Under the pieces are notes generated by a model. The model was not told the DNA's origin. It saw only the letters and a list, made by a program, of their open reading frames with translations, and ran no database searches. A stretch of 64,000 bases of DNA. Source: Spirochaetia bacterium (GTDB lineage: Bacteria; Spirochaetota; Spirochaetia; SZUA-6; Bin103). Shown one piece after another: positions 51,884 through 60,098 of this stretch; position 1 is the stretch's first letter; the number at the start of each line of letters is the position of its first letter. A program made the position numbers and the translations under genes. The stretch spans positions 851,417 to 915,416 of the forward strand of contig CBDAOI010000002.1 of NCBI GenBank assembly GCA_965198005.1, given 5' to 3'.

Positions 51884-53845
51884 ATGAGACTCACCAAAGT
51901 AAGAATCAGGGACTTTCAGAGTATACGGGACTCGAGGGAAGTCGAGATTGGCGATGTCACTTGCCTGGTTGGAAAGAACGAATCAGGAAAGACTGCCGTT
52001 CTCCAGGCTCTATACCGCTTGAATCCCATCAACGAGGCGGGCGGCTCTTTTGACGTCACCGACGACTACCCACGTAGATCGGTGGTTAACTACAAGAGCG
52101 ATGTGGCGTCTGGACGCCGAGAGCCAGCAGAGGTAATTCAAGCCACCTATGCACTCGAATCTGACGACACCAAGGCCGTCGAGGAGCTCTTCGGGTCTGC
52201 ATGTCTCAAAGACAAGAACCCTGCCGTTTCACTCCACAAGGGATACTCAAATGAAGTCGAGGTCAGCGATCTGAATGTCGACGACAACGCAGCACTAATG
52301 CATTTGGTCGAGACCGGTGATCTTTCTCAACAGCTCACGGCACAGCTACTCCAGCAGAAGACTACCCAAGCAATGACAGAGGCGCTTGCTAACGCCGAGC
52401 AGACGGAAGCTGTGCAGAAGCTCGTGCCGACACTTCAGGAGATTCCGGAGGGAGATGTTTCTGCATTCATCTACGACCGTATTCTCCATGATCGCATTCC
52501 GAGATTCCTTTACTTCGACGAATATTACCAGATGAAGGGGCAGGATAACCTCGACGCGCTTCGCCAACGGGTGGAAAGAAGAGCGCTAGAGAACCCAGAC
52601 TACCCACTCCTGGGATTGATTGACCTAGCTGGATTGGACCTCAACCAGATTGTTGATCCGGAGCGGACAGAGGCGTTACTGGCTAATCTCGAAGCTGCCG
52701 AAAACCAACTCACACAGACAGTACTTGCCTATTGGTCTCAGAACCTGCACCTGCGGATGAGATTCGACATTCGTGCAGCGCGACCCGGAGATCCACCCGG
52801 GATGACCGCAGGCATGAACATCTGGGGACGAATACACGATACCAAGCACATGGTAAGCACGGCACTTGGTACCCGCTCCCGTGGATTCGTCTGGTTCTTC
52901 TCCTTCCTCGCCTGGTATTCACAGCTTCGCAAGGAGGGCAAGAAGCTGATCCTACTCTTGGACGAACCGGGCCTCTCTCTCCATGGAAAGGCACAGGGCG
53001 ATCTACTTCGCTATTTCGAGGAGCAACTAAGGCCAACTCATCAACTTATCTACACGACCCATTCATCGTCCATGGTTGACCCCCAGCATTTCGAACGAGT
53101 CCGCATTGTCCAAGACCTGAGCGTCGAACCAGACTCTGAAAAGCTGTCTGAGGAGCAACAGGGGACGCAGGTTATCACCGAGGTTCTCGATGCCACACCC
53201 GATAGTCTGTTTCCGCTCCAAGGTGCTCTCGGCCACGAGATTTATCAAACGCTCTTCATCGGTCCGAATAGCTTGGTCGTGGAAGGGGCGTCGGACCTAC
53301 TGTACATCCAAACCATCTCCGCCCTCCTTGAGAAGAAGGGCATGGTCGGCCTGAGTACTGATTGGACTATTACCCCGGTTGGTGGCTCTGAGAAAGTCCC
53401 AACCTTCGTTGCTCTGATTGGCGCGCAGAAGCACATGAACGTCGCAGTGCTCATTGATTTTAAAAAGAAGGATCGGCAGAATATTGAGAACCTCTACAAG
53501 CGGAAGCTCCTCAAGAAGCGCAAAGTTCTTGCCTATGTGGACTACGTCGGCAGCAGCGAAGCCGATATCGAGGATATGTTTAGCCCCGACTTCTATCTGA
53601 AGTTGGTGAACGGTGCGTTCGAGTCCTCTGTTTCGTTCACCGATTTGTCCGGAGGGCATCCGCGGATTCTTCGCCGACTCGGGGAATATCTGGACCAGAA
53701 TCCACTCCCGAATCGTGCGATCTTTAATCACTATCGACCGGCCCGGTACTTCAGCGACAACATAGCTGCACTATCTGATGGTTTGCCAGACCAGGTTCTG
53801 GACCGTTTCGAACGGGCCTTCAAGGCACTCAATGAGCTGTTGTAG
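51884..53845 (+). CDS. Second OLD-like ABC ATPase with a Toprim-like C terminus
   Basis: GKNESGKT, LLDEPGLSLH, YTTHS and VVEGASD; visibly lower GC. Confidence 0.85.
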   Translation: MRLTKVRIRDFQSIRDSREVEIGDVTCLVGKNESGKTAVLQALYRLNPINEAGGSFDVTDDYPRRSVVNYKSDVASGRREPAEVIQATYALESDDTKAVEELFGSACLKDKNPAVSLHKGYSNEVEVSDLNVDDNAALMHLVETGDLSQQLTAQLLQQKTTQAMTEALANAEQTEAVQKLVPTLQEIPEGDVSAFIYDRILHDRIPRFLYFDEYYQMKGQDNLDALRQRVERRALENPDYPLLGLIDLAGLDLNQIVDPERTEALLANLEAAENQLTQTVLAYWSQNLHLRMRFDIRAARPGDPPGMTAGMNIWGRIHDTKHMVSTALGTRSRGFVWFFSFLAWYSQLRKEGKKLILLLDEPGLSLHGKAQGDLLRYFEEQLRPTHQLIYTTHSSSMVDPQHFERVRIVQDLSVEPDSEKLSEEQQGTQVITEVLDATPDSLFPLQGALGHEIYQTLFIGPNSLVVEGASDLLYIQTISALLEKKGMVGLSTDWTITPVGGSEKVPTFVALIGAQKHMNVAVLIDFKKKDRQNIENLYKRKLLKKRKVLAYVDYVGSSEADIEDMFSPDFYLKLVNGAFESSVSFTDLSGGHPRILRRLGEYLDQNPLPNRAIFNHYRPARYFSDNIAALSDGLPDQVLDRFERAFKALNELL

Positions 53846-53901
53846 ATAGGTGCGCACGTTTGAAATTCCGAACGGGGTAAGACTCCCGATGAAACTCAGC
53901 T

Positions 53902-54055
53902 ATGACGCTTGAACAGATCGCGGCCTTGCGGCCAAGACTGGCGAATCCGAGACGCAGGAATTCAAGCGTACGACGGAACCCCTCGGCAAGGCGGCCAGTA
54001 CCGTGTGCGACATACTCAACTCAACCATCGCGGTGGACACGCGCTGTTCTGTGTA
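53902..54055 (+). pseudogene. AlbA_2/Schlafen-domain gene remnant
   Basis: Across frames MTLEQIAAL / TGESETQEFKRTT...AASTVCDILN / RGGHALF. Confidence 0.65.
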
Positions 54056-54133
54056 GTATTCGGGCATTTCCTTTCGTCTCGTCTCGGCCGTAACGCACCA
54101 TCAATACATCAGTGAATACGACGTACGTATTAG

Positions 54134-54830
54134 GTAACTACTTAGGAGGACCTCTGACAGGAGTTTCAGGATGAACGGGATTGGTGCGCAGGCGGTTCGG
54201 TATTCTACCTGTCTGCCCGCGCTCACAATTGTGCATCCAGGCGAACTGGTCTGACTGGGTACTGTCAGGGGAGTGGTCGGTTCAGGAAGTGTCGATGGTG
54301 GGTACGAACGGCGTATCGGTGGAAGGCGCGGGCCAAGGCGTCGATGGCGCCGACCGCGTTCTTGCGGGCGGTCGAGATGTAGGAGCGGATCCGGCAGAAG
54401 GCGTTGGCGCCTTCGTCGGTGCGGAACGTGCCGGAAATTTTCTGCTGCACCTTCATCATGCGAATGTCGCCTTCAGCCAGATTATTAGTGAATGGGACGG
54501 CGCAGTCGTACATGAAAGCCAGGGCTTCCTGGCGGTGCTGGTCGAGCCGTTCGAGCAGGTTTCTGGGCTTGGTCTTTTTTCTTCTCCCGCGCTTCTTGGT
54601 TGCGCCTGCAGGTAGCGGTGGCAATGGGTTCTGAGCATACCCTTGATCGAGTATCTGTTGATAACGGGCTTCAAATGCCTCGATTTGCGCAGCAGAGAGA
54701 CAGTCGGTGGTTGGTGCGGTCCGCTCGATCGTGTCCTTGATATCCAGCAGGCAGTCGATCATGTCAGCGGCCCACGGCTGGTCGTATTGCTCGTGCACAA
54801 AGGTCAACTCGCGCAGATGGTGAGCGTTGA
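54134..54830 (-). mobile_element. IS66-family remnant (3' part of the transposase and one end)
   Basis: NAHHLREL, VPFTNNLAEGDIRMMKVQQKISG and FCRIRSYIST; end-like GTAACTACTTAG at 54134. Confidence 0.85.
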
Positions 54831-54854
54831 TATGTTCACTGCAACATATCAACG

Positions 54855-55214
54855 CGTACGAGCGGCGGCAGCGGCGGCGGCGCGGCGGCCATCATCGCCA
54901 CGGGTGGTTCACCACTCGACATCGGCAGCGATACCGGCGGTAGCATCCGGGTGCCCGCGCACTGCTGCGGGATCACCGGGCTGCGACCGACCTCCGGCCG
55001 CGTTCCCCGTACCGGCCACATCGTGCCCTACGGGCTCGGCTCGTTGGATTCGCTCACCACGCTGGGACCGATGGCGCGCCGGGTAGAGGACCTGGCGCTT
55101 ACGCTACCGGTCATCAGCGGCGTGGACTGGCGCGATCCAACCGTGGTCCCGTTGCCGCTGGGGGACCCCAAGGGGGTCGACTCTGCAGGATTGCGCGTTG
55201 CGTTCTTCATCGAT
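54855..55214 (+). pseudogene. Amidase signature fragment, interrupted by the RIT element
   Basis: RTSGGSGGG, DIGSDTGGSIRVPAHCCG and GPMARRVEDL...GLRVAFFID. Confidence 0.85.
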
Positions 55215-55301
55215 TATCCCGAAAAAAATGAAATGCCGAAGTTTGATGGTAACTTGTTTCCACACAAACAGATAGCGTTGCAAACTTCGGCATAATATTG
55301 G
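55212..55301 (+). repeat. RIT left inverted repeat (90 bp)
   Basis: 85/90 identical by manual alignment to the reverse complement of 58593-58682. Confidence 0.95.
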
Positions 55302-55371
55302 CCGATGGGCAAGGCCCCTTCTATGATGAGAGCGCCAGACATCCATCTGGACATCATCAGGGAGGTGCACA

Positions 55372-56607
55372 ATGCACGACAACCTATTGTTGGACGATCT
55401 TGTCGAGAGCGTTCTTCAGGAGATCGGAAAGTTCGGCCTTGACCCGATAACGATCAACCACTATCGACAAACATATAGGCGGCTCAAGCAGTACGCAGCC
55501 GCGCGCAACGTCGAACGTTTCTGCGACAGTCTGATCCAAAGTTTCCTGCATGACCTAGAGGAACAGCACAAGGCGGGCGCAATCGGACGTGGCAGACGAA
55601 ACCATCTCAGACGAGCATCGTTGATACTGCAAGAATACGTCGCCAACGGAGCAATCAGGTGGACCACGTACACATTCGACTGCCAGCCGATGCCCAAGTC
55701 GAGAGAATTGCTGCTCCTGCATGAGAGGTTCATGGACGAGCTTGCAGCCACAAACAAAAGCGCGAATACGATACAATCATGTGCCAGCGCAGTCCGCCAA
55801 TTCCTGTTGTTCCTGGAGGACCACGACTGCACTTCGCTGGCGCTCGCCAGCGCCGCTATGGTACCGGCTTTCTTCCAGCATCTGCTCGCCACATACCGGC
55901 CCACCAGTATTCGTACCGTTGCCTCGAACATCCGCTCGTTTCTCAGATTCGCAGAAACCGAAGAACGGCTGCTATTGGCAGTCCCTTCACGCTGTGTCAG
56001 AAACAGGCCAATCATACCGATCCTTTTGGACCACGAAAACGATGCACTGGAAAAGGTGCTGCAGAACGGCCAACTCCGGCTTCGGGATAAGGCCATCATC
56101 CTGTTGGCCTTGCGAACCGGATTGCGTTCCGTAGACATCCTGAGGATCAAACTCACAGATATCGACTGGATCAATGACACCATCGCAATCGCCCAGTCAA
56201 AGACCGGAATCGCCTTCAAGATCCCGCTGATCGCGGATGTTGGCAATGCGCTCTCCGCTTACCTGCTCAATGAGCGTCCAACAACGGCTACTTCATATGT
56301 ATTCCTTCGTTGTCTAGCCCCATTCACCGTTCTGTCAGGCCATGCGGCCTGTTATGCAGTGCTTCGGCGAGCCTTCCTCCAAGCCGGGATAAGGGTTGGT
56401 AGCGAACGCAAAGGGCTCCATGTGCTGCGTCACTCTGCGGCCTCCAGGATGCTCTCCAAGGGGGTCCCGGTCACTACCATTTCGACCATGCTTGGACACG
56501 CCCACAAAGAGTCGACCGACGTCTACTTGGCGACCGACCAACAGCGCATGAGGGAGTGTGCGTTGGACCTCGCCAAGATTCCCGTGAACTGCGCAGGCCT
56601 GTCATGA
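55372..56607 (+). CDS. Tyrosine recombinase (RitA-like)
   Basis: TGLRS, HVLRH, LGH and TDVY; GGGAGG RBS. Confidence 0.92.
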   Translation: MHDNLLLDDLVESVLQEIGKFGLDPITINHYRQTYRRLKQYAAARNVERFCDSLIQSFLHDLEEQHKAGAIGRGRRNHLRRASLILQEYVANGAIRWTTYTFDCQPMPKSRELLLLHERFMDELAATNKSANTIQSCASAVRQFLLFLEDHDCTSLALASAAMVPAFFQHLLATYRPTSIRTVASNIRSFLRFAETEERLLLAVPSRCVRNRPIIPILLDHENDALEKVLQNGQLRLRDKAIILLALRTGLRSVDILRIKLTDIDWINDTIAIAQSKTGIAFKIPLIADVGNALSAYLLNERPTTATSYVFLRCLAPFTVLSGHAACYAVLRRAFLQAGIRVGSERKGLHVLRHSAASRMLSKGVPVTTISTMLGHAHKESTDVYLATDQQRMRECALDLAKIPVNCAGLS

Positions 56608-57572
56608 ATACTGCATACTCAAGCCTGTTTGCACCCTTTATCTCGGGACTGGTCGCGACCAAGCGCGCCGTTGGCTACTCCTATGAGAGCGCTGAGTTCT
56701 ATCTCCATGATTTCGACAGATACGCAGCCCGGCATCCCGCATTCCAATCCCTCGGCAGAGAGTTGGTCCACGGTTGGGCGAAAGCCAAGGACGGAGAAAA
56801 TCTGGCAGGGCATCGTATCCGGATATCGCCGATCCGTGAACTTGGCAAGTATATGCAGTCGATCGGCGTTGCAGATGCCTTCGTGCTTCCCTCAGCCGGC
56901 ATCCGTGCCGCCGCTAGGTACGTGCCTCATTTCTTTACTCACCAGGAGATTACGGCATTCTTCGGCGCCTGCGACAAGCTCCAGTCCCATGGGACGGCGC
57001 AGGCGCGACATCTGGTCCTCCCGGTATTCTTCCGCCTCCTGTATTGCTGTGGTCTGAGGACCGGTGAGGCAAGAACGCTGCGCGTTGAGCAGGTTGATCT
57101 GGAAGCCAGCCACATCGACATCATGCGTTCGAAGGGTTGCAGAAGTCGCAGACTTCCGGTGCCGGCCGACGTTCTGGGTCTGCTCCGTCGATATGCCGCA
57201 CGAGTGTCCGTGATATATCCCGGGAGAATCTACTTTTTCCCGACAACGAGATCGGATTGCTACAGCGGCGGCAGCGTAGCAGCAGTATTCAACCGCATCT
57301 GGAAGGCGGCGGGCCTGGGAGCGGGATGCGGCAACCGACCGCTTGCGTATGACTTCAGGCACCACTTTGCGCTCAGCAATCTGAACCGGTGGATCGCGAC
57401 CGGTGTTGAGGTCAACGCCATGCTCCCCTATCTCAGCAGGTACATGGGACACGCCAGCCTGGCAAGTACCGATTACTACCTTCACCTGGTTCCCGAGTTC
57501 TTCCCTACATTCGCGGCCAAGGTGCGCGCCACTGAGGCCATTCTTCCGGAGGTGGACCATGACCAGGGATAG
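56604..57572 (+). CDS. Tyrosine recombinase (RitB-like)
   Basis: CGLRTGE, YDFRHH, LSRYMGH and TDYY; ATGA overlap. Confidence 0.92.
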   Translation: MNTAYSSLFAPFISGLVATKRAVGYSYESAEFYLHDFDRYAARHPAFQSLGRELVHGWAKAKDGENLAGHRIRISPIRELGKYMQSIGVADAFVLPSAGIRAAARYVPHFFTHQEITAFFGACDKLQSHGTAQARHLVLPVFFRLLYCCGLRTGEARTLRVEQVDLEASHIDIMRSKGCRSRRLPVPADVLGLLRRYAARVSVIYPGRIYFFPTTRSDCYSGGSVAAVFNRIWKAAGLGAGCGNRPLAYDFRHHFALSNLNRWIATGVEVNAMLPYLSRYMGHASLASTDYYLHLVPEFFPTFAAKVRATEAILPEVDHDQG

Positions 57573-58587
57573 CACATCGGGACAACAATTCTGGAAGTGT
57601 GTACGTGAGTACCTCACGGTGCACCTGCCGAAAATACGCTGTTTCAGTGCGCACACCGTTGACTCCTACAGACGATCGATAGGCATGTACTGCGACTTCC
57701 TCGAAGCACAACATCGGATCAAGTTCGCGAATGTATCATGGGATCACTTCACGCGAGACTCGGTGATCAAGTACATTCAGTGGCTGCGCCAGAGGCCGTG
57801 CGGAGTCGCAACCTGCAATCTCAGACTATCCGCTCTCAAGGCATTCCTCAGATACTGTGCGGATGAAGACGTCAGCCTCTATAGTGTGTTCCAGGAGGTG
57901 AAAAAGATTCCATTACTGAAGATGGCCAGGACGCCGGTCGGTTACCTGTCGCAGACGGCCCTGAGGACGGTGCTCGCTCAACCTGATAAGACAACCGTAA
58001 AGGGGAGACGGAACAGGATGATCATGATTCTGCTATACGACACAGGAGCCAGGGTTCAAGAGCTGGTCGACTTGCGCGTCACCGACTTCCATCTGGAGGC
58101 AAGAACTCCATTCGTACTGGTGACCGGCAAAGGCAACAAAACCAGAAGTGTTCCTCTCATGGACAAGACCGTTGCCCATCTGAAGGAATATCTACGGCAA
58201 TTCCATGCTGGCCCCGCCGACCGTCACGAAGTGCCGCTGTTCTATTCCCTGCACGCGGGTAGGCCGCACATGCTATCCACCGATGCGATCAGCGTATTGG
58301 TCAAGAACTACGGCGAAGGTGCGCGCACGACATGTGCTGAGGTGCCGCCGAGAGTGCACCCTCATCTGTTTCGACATAGCCGTGCGATGCATCTCTATCA
58401 GTCCGGGATGCCGCTTCCTTATATTGCGGAATTCCTGGGACATGCAAGCGTGACTACCACTGAAATCTATGCTTCCGCGGATACCGAGATGCTGCGCAAA
58501 GCCATCGAGCGAGCAGATCCCGGGCTGGCGGACGAAACGCCCGCCTGGAAGGATGAGGAGAGTCTGAGGCGGCTGTGCGGCCTCTAA
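57559..58587 (+). CDS. Tyrosine recombinase (RitC-like)
   Basis: YDTGARVQE, GKGNK, HPHLFRH, LGH and TEIY; GGAGG RBS. Confidence 0.92.
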   Translation: MTRDSTSGQQFWKCVREYLTVHLPKIRCFSAHTVDSYRRSIGMYCDFLEAQHRIKFANVSWDHFTRDSVIKYIQWLRQRPCGVATCNLRLSALKAFLRYCADEDVSLYSVFQEVKKIPLLKMARTPVGYLSQTALRTVLAQPDKTTVKGRRNRMIMILLYDTGARVQELVDLRVTDFHLEARTPFVLVTGKGNKTRSVPLMDKTVAHLKEYLRQFHAGPADRHEVPLFYSLHAGRPHMLSTDAISVLVKNYGEGARTTCAEVPPRVHPHLFRHSRAMHLYQSGMPLPYIAEFLGHASVTTTEIYASADTEMLRKAIERADPGLADETPAWKDEESLRRLCGL

Positions 58588-58592
58588 GAGCC

Positions 58593-58682
58593 CCAATGTT
58601 ATGCCGAAGTTTGCAACGCTATCTGTTTGTGTGGAAACAAGTTACCGACAAACTTCGGCATTTGTTTTTTTTCGGGATAATC
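58593..58682 (-). repeat. RIT right inverted repeat (90 bp)
   Basis: Reverse complement of 55212-55301. Confidence 0.95.
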
Positions 58683-58687
58683 AAGGA

Positions 58688-59807
58688 TCTGGGGTATCCA
58701 TTTAACCGGACTAATGCTGTAGACTGTCGCCATGGAATACCCGCGCGGCGGCGCGCACTACCCGAGGTCGGTCGGAGAGTTCCAGGCTTGGTTCCAGAAC
58801 GATGAGGACTGCTTGGACTACTTGGAGTGGCTGCGATGGCCGGCCGGCTTCGTGTGCTCGGCTTGTGGTCATCATGGGGAGTGGCGGCTGGGGGACGGTA
58901 GGCTCAGGTGCTCCGGGTGCGGCGGCCGCACTTCGGCGACCGCCGGCACGATTTTCGACCGGACACGAACGCCGCTGACGGTGTGGTTCACTGCCTGCTG
59001 GCTGTTCGCCACCGGTAAAGATGGGATTTCGGCGCTGAGCCTGAAGCGGACGCTGGAGATCGGCTCCTACCAGACGGCATGGACTATGCTGCATCGTCTG
59101 CGCGCGGTACTGGTACGTCCGGGGCGGGATCGGCTGCGCGGGCTGGTGGAGGTAGATGAGACTTACATCGGCGGTGAGGAGCCGGGGCTGCGCGGCGGCC
59201 GGGCCGCGGGCAAGAAGGTACTGACCGGCGTAGCGGTCGAAGTCCGGGAGCCGAAAGGGATGGGGCGGTGTCGGATCGCACCGGTCCCGGATGCATCGGG
59301 GGCCTCGTTGCACCGGTTCGTGACGGATCACGTCGAACCGGGTGCGACGGTCATCACCGACGGCTGGCAGGGCTATAGCGGACTGGAGCAGCTCGGCTAT
59401 GCCCACGACCGGCGCAGCCAGCGGGCGGCTCGATTACGCGGAGAGGAGCCCGGCAAGCTGCTTCCCGCCGTGCACCAAGTTGCCTCGCTGGCCAAGCGGT
59501 GGCTGCTCGGCACCCATCAAGGCTCGGCGGAACACACGCACTTGGCCAGCTACCTCAATGAATTCGTGTTCCGCTTCAACCGTCGCCGTTCCCGGAGTCG
59601 CGGGATGGTATTCTTTCGGGTGCTAGAGCTCGCCGTCACGCACGCCCCAGTGCGCTACCAGGATCTCATCGCCAGCCATCGACCTCGGAAAGTTCCGCCA
59701 ACACCGCCGCGGGGGCGCGGGCATCCGCCGAGCTTAGCGCGGCCTCCAGCGAACCGCCCGTGGAGAACAGCGAATCCAGCTAAGTCCGGTTAAATGGATA
59801 CCCCAGA
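58688..59807 (+). mobile_element. IS1595-family insertion sequence
   Basis: Perfect 25-bp IRs TCTGGGGTATCCATTTAACCGGACT; 8-bp target duplication ATCAAGGA at 58680-58687 and 59808-59815. Confidence 0.95.
58732..59793 (+). CDS. IS1595-family transposase
   Basis: Zn ribbon CSAC/CSGC, TAGTIF, VEVDETYIGG, TDG and YLNEFVFRFNRR. Confidence 0.95.
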   Translation: MEYPRGGAHYPRSVGEFQAWFQNDEDCLDYLEWLRWPAGFVCSACGHHGEWRLGDGRLRCSGCGGRTSATAGTIFDRTRTPLTVWFTACWLFATGKDGISALSLKRTLEIGSYQTAWTMLHRLRAVLVRPGRDRLRGLVEVDETYIGGEEPGLRGGRAAGKKVLTGVAVEVREPKGMGRCRIAPVPDASGASLHRFVTDHVEPGATVITDGWQGYSGLEQLGYAHDRRSQRAARLRGEEPGKLLPAVHQVASLAKRWLLGTHQGSAEHTHLASYLNEFVFRFNRRRSRSRGMVFFRVLELAVTHAPVRYQDLIASHRPRKVPPTPPRGRGHPPSLARPPANRPWRTANPAKSG

Positions 59808-59841
59808 ATCAAGGAAATGCCGAATTCGGCATTTCCTTGAT
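59808..59841. repeat. Perfect 34-bp palindrome
   Basis: ATCAAGGAAATGCCGAA|TTCGGCATTTCCTTGAT. Confidence 0.97.
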
Positions 59842-59900
59842 AACGGCATCGTCACTCCGACCGCGGAGACGGCGGCTGCGTAGCGTGCGCTGGAGCGGCC
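59839..59900 (+). pseudogene. Continuation of the interrupted amidase
   Basis: DNGIVTPTAETAAA*RALE continues GLRVAFFID in frame. Confidence 0.7.
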
Positions 59901-60023
59901 GCCAACCCCAATCTGGCCCCGGAAAACTCCAAAATCGCCGAACCAAGCCCGCCTCAGCCGCGCCACGATGATTGATGGGATAAACGCGATTCTGGGTCGA
60001 GCTGATTGAGGGAAGGGAAAAGA

Positions 60024-60097
60024 ACCCCCTCACGGAGCTTGACCAACAAGCCCGTGAGGGGGTGGTCTCCTTGTAATCCAACAGCAAGGAGACCACC
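60024..60097 (+). promoter_or_regulatory. Two tandem hairpins, the second covering the RBS
   Basis: ACCCCCTCACGG/CCGTGAGGGGGT and GGTGGTCTCCTTG/CAAGGAGACCACC; GTG start at 60099. Confidence 0.75.
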
Positions 60098-60098
60098 A

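Larger units (their letters stand above)
55212..59841 (+). mobile_element. Recombinase-In-Trio (RIT) element, with nested IS1595
   Basis: Three overlapping tyrosine recombinase genes and 90-bp terminal IRs; bounded by GAT on both sides, with the amidase frame resuming at 59842. Confidence 0.88.

Noticed and set aside
54115-54131. Short palindrome AATACG-N5-CGTATT beside the IS66 end
   Set aside because: Only 6-bp arms; compatible with chance.
55212-59841. Recurring ATGCCGAA motifs as a CRISPR array
   Set aside because: The copies are inverted and belong to RIT ends; no regular repeat-spacer period and no cas genes in the window.
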